Source of the DNA: an uncultured Candidatus Saccharibacteria bacterium
GTDB lineage: Bacteria > Patescibacteriota > Minisyncoccia > UBA6257 > 2-01-FULL-56-20
DNA: 64,000 nucleotides
Assembly: GCA_965231155.1 (NCBI GenBank)
Contig: OZ246418.1
Coordinates: 368,751 to 432,750 of the forward strand
Direction of reading: 5' to 3'
The notes under the pieces were generated by a model that was given only the letters and a program-made list of their open reading frames with translations, ran no database searches and was not told the origin of the DNA. Position numbers and translations under genes: made by a program. Of this stretch, positions 29,033 through 38,539 are shown one piece after another. Position 1 is the stretch's first letter, and every line of letters starts with the position of its first letter.

Positions 29033-31075
29033 ATGCTGACGAAGATCGAGGCTAAGGAGCGTATCGAAAAACTGAAAAAAGAGATTACGCGATATCGTCA
29101 TAGTTATCACGTTCTTGACGTCTCGCTGATTTCTGACGAGGCCCTGGACTCCTTGAAGAAGGAGCTTTTCGACTTAGAGTTGGCTTTTCCTGAGTTTGTT
29201 ACCGCTGACTCGCCGACTCAGCGGGTGGCGGGGGAGCCTTTAAAAAAGTTTAAGAAGGTGACTCATAAAATTCGTATGAGTTCGCTGAATGATGCGTTTT
29301 CGAAAGAAGATGTCGAAGCCTGGTGGGAGCGTCTTCATAATTATCTTGGCCAGGAAGTCATCCCCACTTTTTACTGCGATCTGAAGATGGATGGCTTGGC
29401 GGTAGAGTTGGTGTATCAAGATGGTATTTTTGTGGAGGGGAGTACTCGCGGAGATGGTTTAGTGGGTGAGGATATCACCCAGAATCTAAAAACTGTAGAA
29501 GCGATTCCCCTGAGCCTCGAGGGCAAACATGTTGGTGAAGTACGTATACGGGGTGAGGTTTTTTTAATGACCAAGGATTTTGTGCGGATTAATAAAGAGC
29601 TCGAGAAAAAAGGAGAGAAGACATATGCGAATCCCCGGAATCTCGCCGCTGGCTCTCTTCGTCAACTTGATTCTCAGATTACCGCCAGTCGTAAACTTTT
29701 CTTTTATGCCTATGGAATTTCTGGTGAAGGGGAAGGGTACTTGAGGCAGTATCCCACTCATCAGAAGGAGTATGAGGTTTTGCGCAGTTGGGGTATCGCT
29801 CCGAATCCTCAGGGAGCAGTTATGCATTCTTTGGAAGAGGTTTTTGATTTTCATCAGAAGATTCTGAAAGAGCGGGAAAAACTACCCTATGAAATTGATG
29901 GCGTTGTGGTTACGGTAAACGATAATCGGATTTATGAGATGGCGGGGATTATCGGGAAGGCGCCTCGCGCCGCGATTGCTTATAAGTTTTCTCCACGAGA
30001 AGCGACGACGGTTGTTGAGGACATTAAGGTGCAGGTGGGTCGCACTGGAGTGTTAACTCCGGTTGCGATTATGCGTCCGGTGGAGGTGAGTGGGGTGACG
30101 ATTACTCATGCCACCTTACACAATGCCGATGAGATTGAGCGGTTGGGATTGAAAGTTGGCGATACGGTAATTATTAGTCGAGCAGGGGATGTGATTCCTC
30201 AGGTCTTGAGAGTGCTTAAGGAATTGAGGACTGGGAAAGAGAAAGTTTTTAAGATGCCGTCTCGTTGTCCAGTTGACGATTCGCCAGTGGTGCGCGATGG
30301 TGTGGCCTATCGTTGTTCGAGTAAGAGTTGTAGCGCCCAACATCGTGAAGCACTTTATCACTTTGTATCTCGTGGCGGGTTCAATATTGAGGGTCTTGGA
30401 CCGAAAATTATCGATCGGTTTTTGGACGAAGGTTTAGTTTCAGATGCTTCGGATATCTTTACTTTAAAGAAGGGAGACATTGCAGTGCTTGAGAGATTTG
30501 GAGAGAAGTCAGCGGAGAATATTATAAAAGAGATTGAAGATCGAAAAGAAGTTGAGTTGTCGCGATTTATTTATAGTCTAGGGATTTTTCATGTGGGCGA
30601 GGAGACTGCTCGGTTGCTAGCCAGTCGGATGCCTTTTCCTCGTTCGGGAGTTTTGATGGTGGGGGAGGTGGCAGATTTCTATCGAGCACTCTCACTTGAA
30701 GATCTTCAGAAGTTTCCGGATATTGGCCCAAAAGTGGCGGAGAGTATTTATGATTGGTTCCATGAGAAAAGAAATTCCCATCTCCTTGGCGCTTTAGGGA
30801 AAGCAGGTGTTAGCGTCCGTCATGAAAGGCCGAAAGGGGAGACAAATAAATTTATTGGTTTATCTTTTGTGTTAACGGGTAGTTTGATGAGCTTGTCGAG
30901 AGATCAAGCCAAGGAAAAGATAAGAGCTTTAGGCGGAGAGGTTTCTGAGTCGGTTAGTAAAAAAACTTCGTATGTGGTCGTTGGGGCAGAGCCGGGATCG
31001 AAGTATGAAAAAGCCCAGAAGCTTGGTGTAAAGATTCTTTCCGAGGCTGAGTTTCTAAAACTTACTACCAATTGA
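29033..31075 (+). CDS. ligA: NAD-dependent DNA ligase
   Basis: KMDGLA adenylation motif, TRGDG, NPRNLAAGSLRQLD, Zn finger, HhH, BRCT. Confidence 0.97.
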   Translation: MLTKIEAKERIEKLKKEITRYRHSYHVLDVSLISDEALDSLKKELFDLELAFPEFVTADSPTQRVAGEPLKKFKKVTHKIRMSSLNDAFSKEDVEAWWERLHNYLGQEVIPTFYCDLKMDGLAVELVYQDGIFVEGSTRGDGLVGEDITQNLKTVEAIPLSLEGKHVGEVRIRGEVFLMTKDFVRINKELEKKGEKTYANPRNLAAGSLRQLDSQITASRKLFFYAYGISGEGEGYLRQYPTHQKEYEVLRSWGIAPNPQGAVMHSLEEVFDFHQKILKEREKLPYEIDGVVVTVNDNRIYEMAGIIGKAPRAAIAYKFSPREATTVVEDIKVQVGRTGVLTPVAIMRPVEVSGVTITHATLHNADEIERLGLKVGDTVIISRAGDVIPQVLRVLKELRTGKEKVFKMPSRCPVDDSPVVRDGVAYRCSSKSCSAQHREALYHFVSRGGFNIEGLGPKIIDRFLDEGLVSDASDIFTLKKGDIAVLERFGEKSAENIIKEIEDRKEVELSRFIYSLGIFHVGEETARLLASRMPFPRSGVLMVGEVADFYRALSLEDLQKFPDIGPKVAESIYDWFHEKRNSHLLGALGKAGVSVRHERPKGETNKFIGLSFVLTGSLMSLSRDQAKEKIRALGGEVSESVSKKTSYVVVGAEPGSKYEKAQKLGVKILSEAEFLKLTTN

Positions 31076-31111
31076 TTTTTCTTTGGTTTCCCGTACAATA
31101 GCCTAGGTATT

Positions 31112-31186
31112 GCGGTCGTAGCTCAATTTGGTTAGAGCACCGCCCTGTCACGGCGGGGGTTACCGGTTCGAGTCCGGCCGACCGCG
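31112..31186 (+). tRNA. tRNA-Asp(GTC)
   Basis: Acceptor gcggtcg/cgaccgc, anticodon arm ccgcc-ctgtcac-ggcgg, discriminator G. Confidence 0.94.
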
Positions 31187-31537
31187 CAGAAAAAAGAAAA
31201 TAATAGAGACAGTATAAAAAAGACAATCCCCAGAGCACGGAGTGTCTAGGGTTTGGGTTTGGGTTGCTGACTGATTAGGTCAGCCAGGTCTGCACGAAGT
31301 GCGGGAAGGGGGTGCCCGTAGAACGGGCGGGAGGGGCGGTGGTATTGGTCGTCTGTAGGACTGACTTAATCTTAGCGCTCTCACAGGAACCGACAAGGGG
31401 CGAGCTGTGGACAAGTTTTCGTAGGATTTTTTTAAATACCGAGCATCTTTTTTTACTAAAAAAGTGCTCTACGCTCTCACATCGACATGTTCCGAGAGTT
31501 ATTTTAAAAAGATCCTACTCCAGCAGAGGGGGAGGAG

Positions 31538-33010
31538 TTAGGAGTTGAGCTTTTCGTAGTACTGACCGAGGCCGAGGATATCTGCTTCGTGAAATGGTTT
31601 ACCAATTAACTGGAAGCCAATAGGGAGGTGCGTTGAATCGTAGATGGTGCCTGGTGGTTCGGTGGGCATGGAGAGCGCGGGAAGGCCAGCGAGGTTCACC
31701 GGGATAGTAAAGATATCAGCCAGATACATAGCTAGAGGATCGGACATTTTCTCCCCCATCTTGAAAGGAAGCGAAGGGTAGACTGGCGTGAAGATGACAT
31801 CAACTTCTTTGAAGGCGTTATCGAAATCCTGTCGAATGAGAGTGCGAACTTTTTGAGCTTTGGCATAGTAAGCGTCGTAGTAGCCAGAGGAGAGAACGAA
31901 TGTGCCAAGAATGATGCGACGTTTTACTTCTGGACCAAATCCGAGACCGCGTTGTTTGCGATAGAGATCGGCTAGTGATTCTGATTCTTTGAGGCCTTGT
32001 TTTAGTCGAGAGTAACGGATGCCATCAAAACGGGCGGTGTTTGAACTGACTTCGGCGGGTACGATGATGTAGTAACAGGCTGGCGCATACTCGCTGTGTG
32101 GCAGAGAGATTTCTTTGAACTCCACCTTCATTGATTTGAACGCAAAGATAGTTTTTTCTAATGCATTCATCACTGCTTCGTCGACGCCACCATCTTTGAA
32201 GTACTCTTTTGGCAGACCGATCTTTAAGGAGGTTACGGTTTCGTATCGAGGATGGAGAAGTTCTTTTGTTTTGTACGCAGTAGGTGCGCTGGTGGAATCA
32301 TAGCCATCCTGGCCATAGATTCCAGAAAAAAGAATTGTGGCGTCTTCTACTGTTTTTGTAATTGGTCCGATCTGATCCAAACTCGAGGCCATAGCAGTGA
32401 GACCGTAGCGGGAGACAGCGCCATAGGTTGGTTTCAGTCCGACCACTCCACAAAACGCGGCCGGTTCGCGGATCGAGCCACCAGTGTCTGAGCCCAAAGC
32501 ACCGAGCGCCATATCGGCAGCGACGGCGGCGGCTGAACCACCAGATGATCCACCAGGTACTCGCTCAGGGTCGTGAGGATTGCGCGTCATTAATAGCGCC
32601 GAGTTTTCTGTCGAAGCGCCCATAGCGAACTCATCCATATTTGTTTTTCCTAAAAATATGGCGTCCTGCTCTTTTAGTTTTTTAATGACCGTGGCGTCGT
32701 AACTGGCGGTGTAGTGTTCGAGTATCTTTGAGGCCGAAGTGCAGGGGAGGCCTTCGATTAAAATATTATCCTTGATAGCCAGTGGGGCGCCAGCTAGAGG
32801 AGAGATAGGTTCATTTTTAGCGATCTTTAGATCGACTTGTTCAGCCTGACGAATGGCGGTTTCTTCGTTGAGACTGAGATAGGCGCCGATTTTTTTGTCA
32901 GCGTCTTTGATTTTTTCGAAGAGACCCTGGACCACCTCAAGCGCCGAGAATTCTTTTTTAGTAAGACCGGTATGGAATTTTTCTAAGGTGAGTTCTTTAG
33001 GATTTGTCAT
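31538..33010 (-). CDS. gatA: Asp/Glu-tRNA amidotransferase subunit A
   Basis: GKTNMDEFAMG, PGGSSGGSAAAV, GSDTGGSIREPA, GFGPEVKRRI. Confidence 0.96.
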   Translation of the reverse strand: MTNPKELTLEKFHTGLTKKEFSALEVVQGLFEKIKDADKKIGAYLSLNEETAIRQAEQVDLKIAKNEPISPLAGAPLAIKDNILIEGLPCTSASKILEHYTASYDATVIKKLKEQDAIFLGKTNMDEFAMGASTENSALLMTRNPHDPERVPGGSSGGSAAAVAADMALGALGSDTGGSIREPAAFCGVVGLKPTYGAVSRYGLTAMASSLDQIGPITKTVEDATILFSGIYGQDGYDSTSAPTAYKTKELLHPRYETVTSLKIGLPKEYFKDGGVDEAVMNALEKTIFAFKSMKVEFKEISLPHSEYAPACYYIIVPAEVSSNTARFDGIRYSRLKQGLKESESLADLYRKQRGLGFGPEVKRRIILGTFVLSSGYYDAYYAKAQKVRTLIRQDFDNAFKEVDVIFTPVYPSLPFKMGEKMSDPLAMYLADIFTIPVNLAGLPALSMPTEPPGTIYDSTHLPIGFQLIGKPFHEADILGLGQYYEKLNS

Positions 33011-33302
33011 GATGAAAAACTGAAGGGACTTTAAGGTAACCGGCGGATTCTTCGGGGAAGCTTTCTACTCCATGTTGTTTCTGAGTGTCGAGGCGTGCCG
33101 TATCTTCACGAAAGATGTTTTCGAGAGAGGTACCGCCATTCATTGCCGGGACATTTTCGGTGTCGAGCTCCTGGAGCTTTTCAAAGTAAGAGAGAATTGA
33201 ACGGAGGTCGTCGATGAGTTTTTTCTCTTCTCGGTCAGAAAGTTCGATACGAGCCAGATTGGCCAGGTGTTTTAATACTTTTTGGTTAATAGGAGAGGCC
33301 AT
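32997..33302 (-). CDS. gatC: Asp/Glu-tRNA amidotransferase subunit C
   Basis: HLANLARIEL..ILSYFEKLQELDTENV..FRED..YLKVP; overlaps gatA start. Confidence 0.92.
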   Translation of the reverse strand: MASPINQKVLKHLANLARIELSDREEKKLIDDLRSILSYFEKLQELDTENVPAMNGGTSLENIFREDTARLDTQKQHGVESFPEESAGYLKVPSVFHHDKS

Positions 33303-33333
33303 AGGGAGGATTGTAGCACTCTTTCGAGCGATT

Positions 33334-34692
33334 TCAATTATTCAATGATCTTCTTAGAATTATTTGAAATTCTTTAGGAACAAAGTTCTGTTTATTCCAG
33401 GATACGAGGAAGGACTTATTGGGCTTCTTTTTTGCATAGAATTCCTTACGATAGCGCTCGAGGAGAAGGGGGAGTGGCATGTGTATTTTCTCATATTTTT
33501 CAATAGTGAGTTCTAGTGCAATTCTTGTTTCTTCTATTGTAGAGATGCAGTCAAAGGGGCGGTGTGCGGATTTTCCCAAGAAAGCAGGAATATATGACCA
33601 GAGGTGAGGGTTATTAAGGAGATTTCCCTTAAATATTTTTTGGAGTTCTTTTTCTTCTAAAAATGGAGAGAGAAGGAGGTAGATAGTGAAACACTTAGGG
33701 CATTTTTTGCACCAGGAATTTTCTTTTAAGTTTACGTTGCAACTTTTGAAAACTGAGAAGTGTTTTTGGTATTGAGAAAATATGTAAGCAATTTGCAGTT
33801 CGTGGACAGGACGGAGAAGGCTGAAGTAGTTTATTTCTTTCGAAAGATATTTGGATAAATACACGCGGAATTTCTTTTCAAACAAAAAACTCTTGGAATA
33901 CTGATGATTGATTGTTCGGTTTCCTTTTTTTAGGTTGCCTTCATCCGAACTTCGTTCTTGGGAAATGGCAATGTGTCGATAATCGAAGACTACTCCACAG
34001 AGTACGGTGAGAAAAGCTAAATAGCTTGAGAAAGGAGTGTGGCCATTGAGGTATCCTTTTTTATTGAGCGAGATAAGACTTGGATCGATTTTTCTTTGGA
34101 TGGTAATTGGTGGAAGATTTGAAACGGCTCGACTGGCATTGAGGGCAGCAGGAACGTTTCCTAAGACTAGAGTGCAAAACTGTGCTTTTGATTCTTTTAG
34201 TATTTCAGCAGAAACGAATGAGTCCTTTCCTCCTCCCATAGGAACAAGGTATCGATTTTTCAGTGAGAGATGATTTGAGGCGATAGTCGGTTTTTGAGCA
34301 GACGAAGTTATGTTCACGAACTTTTTGGAAAAAGGGATTTTATTTACATAGAAGAATTCAGCTAAACCATTTTCAAGTAGGTCCTGCCACCAGGTAATCT
34401 GTGATTTGGAGAGATATCCTGCCTTAATGATAATCTGAGGACTCGTGGTTGCTTTCCAGTAGCTAGGGATTTCGGCTAGGCCAAGATGGAAGATGAGGTT
34501 TTCGAGTAGTTCAGGGTTTATATTCTTTATCCTTTTTTCATCTATATTTTCTATAACTACTTCTGGTTCGAAGCGAATATTTGGAGAAACGGAAAAAGAA
34601 AAGCGAATGACCAAATCCTTCTTTTTAATATAGTAGGAATAAGATTCATACGTGAAGGTTGGGTGTTTTTCGCGGAGAGCTTTATAGGTCAT
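33334..34692 (-). CDS. murL: UDP-MurNAc-L-Ala-L-Glu epimerase, MurL-like
   Basis: SYWKA, VPMGGGKDS, GYLNGHTPFS, ERSSDEGN, NHQYSKS, YFSLLRP..ELQI, SCN, WCKKCPKC, PFDC; coupled to murD. Confidence 0.8.
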   Translation of the reverse strand: MTYKALREKHPTFTYESYSYYIKKKDLVIRFSFSVSPNIRFEPEVVIENIDEKRIKNINPELLENLIFHLGLAEIPSYWKATTSPQIIIKAGYLSKSQITWWQDLLENGLAEFFYVNKIPFSKKFVNITSSAQKPTIASNHLSLKNRYLVPMGGGKDSFVSAEILKESKAQFCTLVLGNVPAALNASRAVSNLPPITIQRKIDPSLISLNKKGYLNGHTPFSSYLAFLTVLCGVVFDYRHIAISQERSSDEGNLKKGNRTINHQYSKSFLFEKKFRVYLSKYLSKEINYFSLLRPVHELQIAYIFSQYQKHFSVFKSCNVNLKENSWCKKCPKCFTIYLLLSPFLEEKELQKIFKGNLLNNPHLWSYIPAFLGKSAHRPFDCISTIEETRIALELTIEKYEKIHMPLPLLLERYRKEFYAKKKPNKSFLVSWNKQNFVPKEFQIILRRSLNN

Positions 34693-35966
34693 GATCTTAA
34701 AGATTTTACGGTTGCTTTGAATTGCTGGCCTCTGTCTTCGTAGTTTTTGAACATATCAAAACTTGCAGATCCAGGGGATAGGAGAACGACATTATTTTTT
34801 TCTGATTTTTTGGCGGCAATTTCCACTGCCTTTTTTAAAGAGGATGCAGTAAGAGTCGGGGTTTTTTTTATATGTTCTTGAATTTTTTTCTTATTCTCTC
34901 CGATTAGAATAATTAATTTAACAGGAGGTCTGTCCATGGCTTTGGCCATAGGTCGGTAGTCGAGATTTCTGTCTTTTCCTCCGGCGATAATGATGATTGG
35001 TTCTTTGAACGCTTTTATTGCGGCAATGGTAGCGAGGGGATTGGCTGAGGCTGAGTCGTTATAAAAAGAGACACTGTTGATTTTATCGACTAGTTCCAAG
35101 CGATGTTCATAGCCTCGGAATTTCCGAACGGCCTTCTTGATTGTTGTTTCGGAACAGCCAAGCTTTTGTGCAACGGCAACGGCAAGACTGGCGTTGTGGA
35201 TGAGATGTGGCGCGGGGAGGTAGAGATCGGAAGGAGAGAGGAGTGGGTTAATTTCTGAACCAATGGAAACTTTATGCCCAGAGCTTTTGTTGGCGATCAG
35301 CTGCGCATACTTATTGCGACTATCATAAAAGACCCAGTCGGTTTTTTTCTGGAAACTGGCGATATGAGACTTTGCCTGAACATACTCTTTGAAGTTTTTA
35401 TGGGCATCGAGGTGGTCAGGAGCGATTCCTAACACAATGGCGATATGCGGGCTGGTTTCTAAATCCTGGAGCTGGAAACTAGAAAGTTCGAAAACAACGA
35501 GAGAACTCTTTTTTATTTTCGGCAAGAGATCGAGCGCTGGAGTGCCAATATTCCCGACTAGATATACGTCTTTTTTTGACGCTTTCAGAATTTGATAGAG
35601 AATCGTGGCGGTGGTGCCTTTTCCTTTAGTGCCGGTTATACCAATAATTTTTGCTGGGCAGTATTCAAAAAATATTTTGGTCAGACTCGTCATTTGTACA
35701 CCTGCTTTTCGGGCCGTCTTCAGTTCTTGGCGGTTATAGGGAATGCCAGGGGAGCGGATGATAATATCGAATTCTTTGAGTGAGTCGAGGTATCCTTTGC
35801 CAGTTTTTGAGTGGATGCCTGTAGGAATTTTGAGATCGGTTTTGTAGTCGAGTACCCAGTATTCGATATCTTTTTGTGGAAGCCCAAACACTACTTTCTG
35901 TTTTCTAAGAAAGCGAAGCGTGGAGATTCCCTCGCGACTGAACCCAAGAATGGCAACTCGTATCAT
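34689..35966 (-). CDS. murD: UDP-MurNAc-L-Ala:glutamate ligase (MurD, possibly L-Glu-specific MurD2)
   Basis: RSPGI, GITGTKGKGTT, ELSSFQL, DHLD.H, HRLE, YNDS, LLSPGSASFDMFKNYEDRG. Confidence 0.93.
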   Translation of the reverse strand: MIRVAILGFSREGISTLRFLRKQKVVFGLPQKDIEYWVLDYKTDLKIPTGIHSKTGKGYLDSLKEFDIIIRSPGIPYNRQELKTARKAGVQMTSLTKIFFEYCPAKIIGITGTKGKGTTATILYQILKASKKDVYLVGNIGTPALDLLPKIKKSSLVVFELSSFQLQDLETSPHIAIVLGIAPDHLDAHKNFKEYVQAKSHIASFQKKTDWVFYDSRNKYAQLIANKSSGHKVSIGSEINPLLSPSDLYLPAPHLIHNASLAVAVAQKLGCSETTIKKAVRKFRGYEHRLELVDKINSVSFYNDSASANPLATIAAIKAFKEPIIIIAGGKDRNLDYRPMAKAMDRPPVKLIILIGENKKKIQEHIKKTPTLTASSLKKAVEIAAKKSEKNNVVLLSPGSASFDMFKNYEDRGQQFKATVKSLRS

Positions 35967-36032
35967 GAGATAAAAATACCCCGCTTCGCTGTTTACGCCA
36001 AGAGGGGTATTTGAAATCAGTAACCGAGGCGA

Positions 36033-36839
36033 CTATTCTCCCTGATTGGTGAATCGAGCGTCAGCGTACTCCCAGAATTTATTTGAACCACCAATTGAGC
36101 TGGCACACTCGCTTTCCTCAGCATAACTCATGGCAAAACGATGAATACTGGTGAGTGGAAGATGGCGATAGATCCAGGCGACTTGTCCTTTTTCTCCGTA
36201 CTCGGCCATGACTTGCTTCATGGTTTCGTGGAAAGCCTGGCAGTAAGGACACTCAAAGTCAGAGAATTCAACAATTTTCACTGGAGCATTTTGGTTTCCA
36301 CGAATGTGGTCAGTACTGCTCACTGGAAGCATGTTGTAGATAGGATCATTTTTCTCTTTGGCGGTTGGTGGCGTGCTGGTACTGGCTAAAGCTTCTTCTA
36401 TAATCTTCTTCACCTCCTCATATGGATAAGCGCCGGCGATGAGGAACCTCTTTCCACTAGGGGCGATTACAATATTGTATGGCGTGCCTTGTCCACCGGC
36501 TTTTTCTGCATCAGCCATATGGCCTTGGATTTTTTCCGCGAATGATTTTTTTGCTAAGCAGGCTTCAACGGCGTCTTTTTTGAGTCCGATGCTCGCCATG
36601 ACATCAACTGGCTTGGCGGAGCCATTTTTCCCGGTGAATGAAGTAGGATCTCTATAGAGAATAGCAATGGCGACAAGGAGTCCAGCGCCAATGATAGAAA
36701 TAGGGATGAGGTAGGGGTTTTCTTTTTTATTTTCGAACTCGATATCTATCTTTTCGGGGATTGTGGTAATCGGATCCATTTCTTTCTTCATAGCTTTTAC
36801 CGCAACCGTTTTCTCTTTCGTGATTTTTTTTGTGGGCAT
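36033..36839 (-). CDS. Membrane-anchored DsbA-family oxidoreductase, circularly permuted
   Basis: TM helix, then GGQGTP/GAYPYE segment, then DHIRG..EFSDFECPYC..RHLPL..KFWEYAD. Confidence 0.85.
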   Translation of the reverse strand: MPTKKITKEKTVAVKAMKKEMDPITTIPEKIDIEFENKKENPYLIPISIIGAGLLVAIAILYRDPTSFTGKNGSAKPVDVMASIGLKKDAVEACLAKKSFAEKIQGHMADAEKAGGQGTPYNIVIAPSGKRFLIAGAYPYEEVKKIIEEALASTSTPPTAKEKNDPIYNMLPVSSTDHIRGNQNAPVKIVEFSDFECPYCQAFHETMKQVMAEYGEKGQVAWIYRHLPLTSIHRFAMSYAEESECASSIGGSNKFWEYADARFTNQGE

Positions 36840-37018
36840 AAAAATAGTATAGCATAACTTATTTTATTTTTTTATGAATATTTTTGAACACTAAGAACAA
36901 ACTTCTCCTTGAAGTGTATGATTTTTGAGAAGCTATCGGAGAAACTAAGGTTTTGAGATCCAGGGAAACTTTCAGTAGGAAGTTATCCCGGTTCACAAAA
37001 ATTGCATACTGAAGATTG

Positions 37019-37090
37019 TTGCGGGGGCCGGACTCGAACCGGCTCCACGAGCTTATGGGGCTCGCATGGTAACCCTTCCACCACCCCGCG
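37019..37090 (-). tRNA. tRNA-CAT, initiator-like (C1:A72) with atypical anticodon arm
   Basis: Acceptor cgcgggg/ccccgca, anticodon arm cgagc-cccataa-gctcg, T arm gccgg-ttcgagt-ccggc. Confidence 0.85.
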
Positions 37091-37220
37091 ATATGACGGC
37101 TTATTATAGAAGGGAATGAGAGCAATTGTCAAAACATCAAATAGATGATACAAATTTCTAGTATTCGTAGCCCCGACGTTGCAGTCGGGATGGTGGAGCG
37201 AGTTTGTTTGTCTTATGAAT

Positions 37221-37292
37221 GCTGGCGTAGCTCAGTGGTAGAGCGAGGGACTCATAAACCCTAGGTCGGAAGTTCGATCCTTCCCGCCAGCA
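37221..37292 (+). tRNA. tRNA-CAT (elongator Met, or Ile2)
   Basis: Acceptor gctggcg/cgccagc, anticodon loop ctcataa, T arm ggaag-ttcgatc-cttcc. Confidence 0.9.
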
Positions 37293-37298
37293 CATCTT

Positions 37299-38024
37299 TC
37301 ATTTCTTGGTCTGCGTCGCAAACCTCATTTTTAGTACATTCACGAGGCCTTCTTTGATGATGGAGGACTTAAATTTTGAAGCACCGATTATTCTGTCTCG
37401 AAAGGTGATGGGGACTTCGATCATCGAATAGTTATTTTTTAGTGCTTGCCATTTGAGCCAGATCTGAAAAAAGTAACCGTCGAAAGTAATTTCTTCTTGG
37501 AGAATTTTTTGTAGAGTCTCTTTGCGCCACCCATTGAATCCACCAGTCAAATCTCGAATGGATATCTGAAGGATGCTTCGCGCATAAAGGTTGCCCAGTC
37601 GACTAATCATTTTTCTTTGGAAGTTCCAGCCTTCAATTTCCCCTTTTTTTGTGTAGCGAGAACCAACAACTACGTCGTACTCTCTGAGGGCGTTATAGAT
37701 CTTTGCAATATCTCGATAGTCGTGGCTCCCATCGGCATCCATCTGAACAATAGCCTCGGCCCCAAGATTGAGAGCGTAGTCGAATCCTTCTTTATATGAT
37801 TGTGCAAAACTCTTGGTTTGCTTTCGTTCTATAAGGTGGAGACGGGGTGTTTGTTTTTGGATTTCTCTTACCTCTCGTACTGTACTATCAGTTGAGTGAT
37901 CGTCGACAACAATAACTGAAGTAATATGTGGATCTTCAAGGAGGTGGGGGATGATCTTACTCACATTACCCGCTTCGTTCAGCGTGGGAATAACTATGAC
38001 CAGTTTTTTTATTGAATGGGGCAT
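37299..38024 (-). CDS. Polyprenol monophosphomannose synthase-like GT2
   Basis: IPTLNEAGN, VVDDHSTDST, QMDADGSHD, VVVGSRY, DLTGGF, EVPITFRDR..GASK. Confidence 0.9.
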   Translation of the reverse strand: MPHSIKKLVIVIPTLNEAGNVSKIIPHLLEDPHITSVIVVDDHSTDSTVREVREIQKQTPRLHLIERKQTKSFAQSYKEGFDYALNLGAEAIVQMDADGSHDYRDIAKIYNALREYDVVVGSRYTKKGEIEGWNFQRKMISRLGNLYARSILQISIRDLTGGFNGWRKETLQKILQEEITFDGYFFQIWLKWQALKNNYSMIEVPITFRDRIIGASKFKSSIIKEGLVNVLKMRFATQTKK

Positions 38025-38473
38025 TATTCTCTGAAAACGACATACTTATATTGAAGGAAGTTTGAAAGGGAGCCACAGGCGATACCAAGTAAGGAAGCAA
38101 TGTTGGCCCATAGTTGGGGAGAAAGTTCTGCGGGGTGAATAGTGTGTACCAATAACGCAGCGATGCCGATGTTGATGATGCCACTGAGAAGGCTGGCGAG
38201 ATAAAATTTTTCAAATCGTTTTTCGTTCTGAGAGGAAAATACCCAGTGTCTATTCCAGAAAAAGTTGTGATAGACAGCTACAGAGAAGGAGAGGGTTTTA
38301 AAAACAAGGAAGGATGCTCCGGCGGAGAGGCCGGTAAGGAACATGGCCGTATTGAGGACGGTGAGGTCAATAATCACGCCAACGATACCAACGAGGGAAA
38401 AGGCAGCGATCTGATACCAACTCTTTGTGGCGTTGCGATGCCACCAGAAGGCCACTTCTTTTTTCTTAAGCAT
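38024..38473 (-). CDS. GtrA family flippase
   Basis: FSLVGIVGVIID, NFFWNRHWVF, NFLQYKYVVF; start moved to ATG 38473. Confidence 0.88.
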   Translation of the reverse strand: MLKKKEVAFWWHRNATKSWYQIAAFSLVGIVGVIIDLTVLNTAMFLTGLSAGASFLVFKTLSFSVAVYHNFFWNRHWVFSSQNEKRFEKFYLASLLSGIINIGIAALLVHTIHPAELSPQLWANIASLLGIACGSLSNFLQYKYVVFRE

Positions 38474-38539
38474 TGTAGTGAGTGTTGTTTTAATAAAAAA
38501 CTGACGAGTGTCTATGGGATAGTATATAATTGATACATT

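Noticed and set aside
37171-37190. Small palindrome cccgac-gttgca-gtcggg between the two CAT tRNAs
   Set aside because: Single short hairpin with no second copy found in the window
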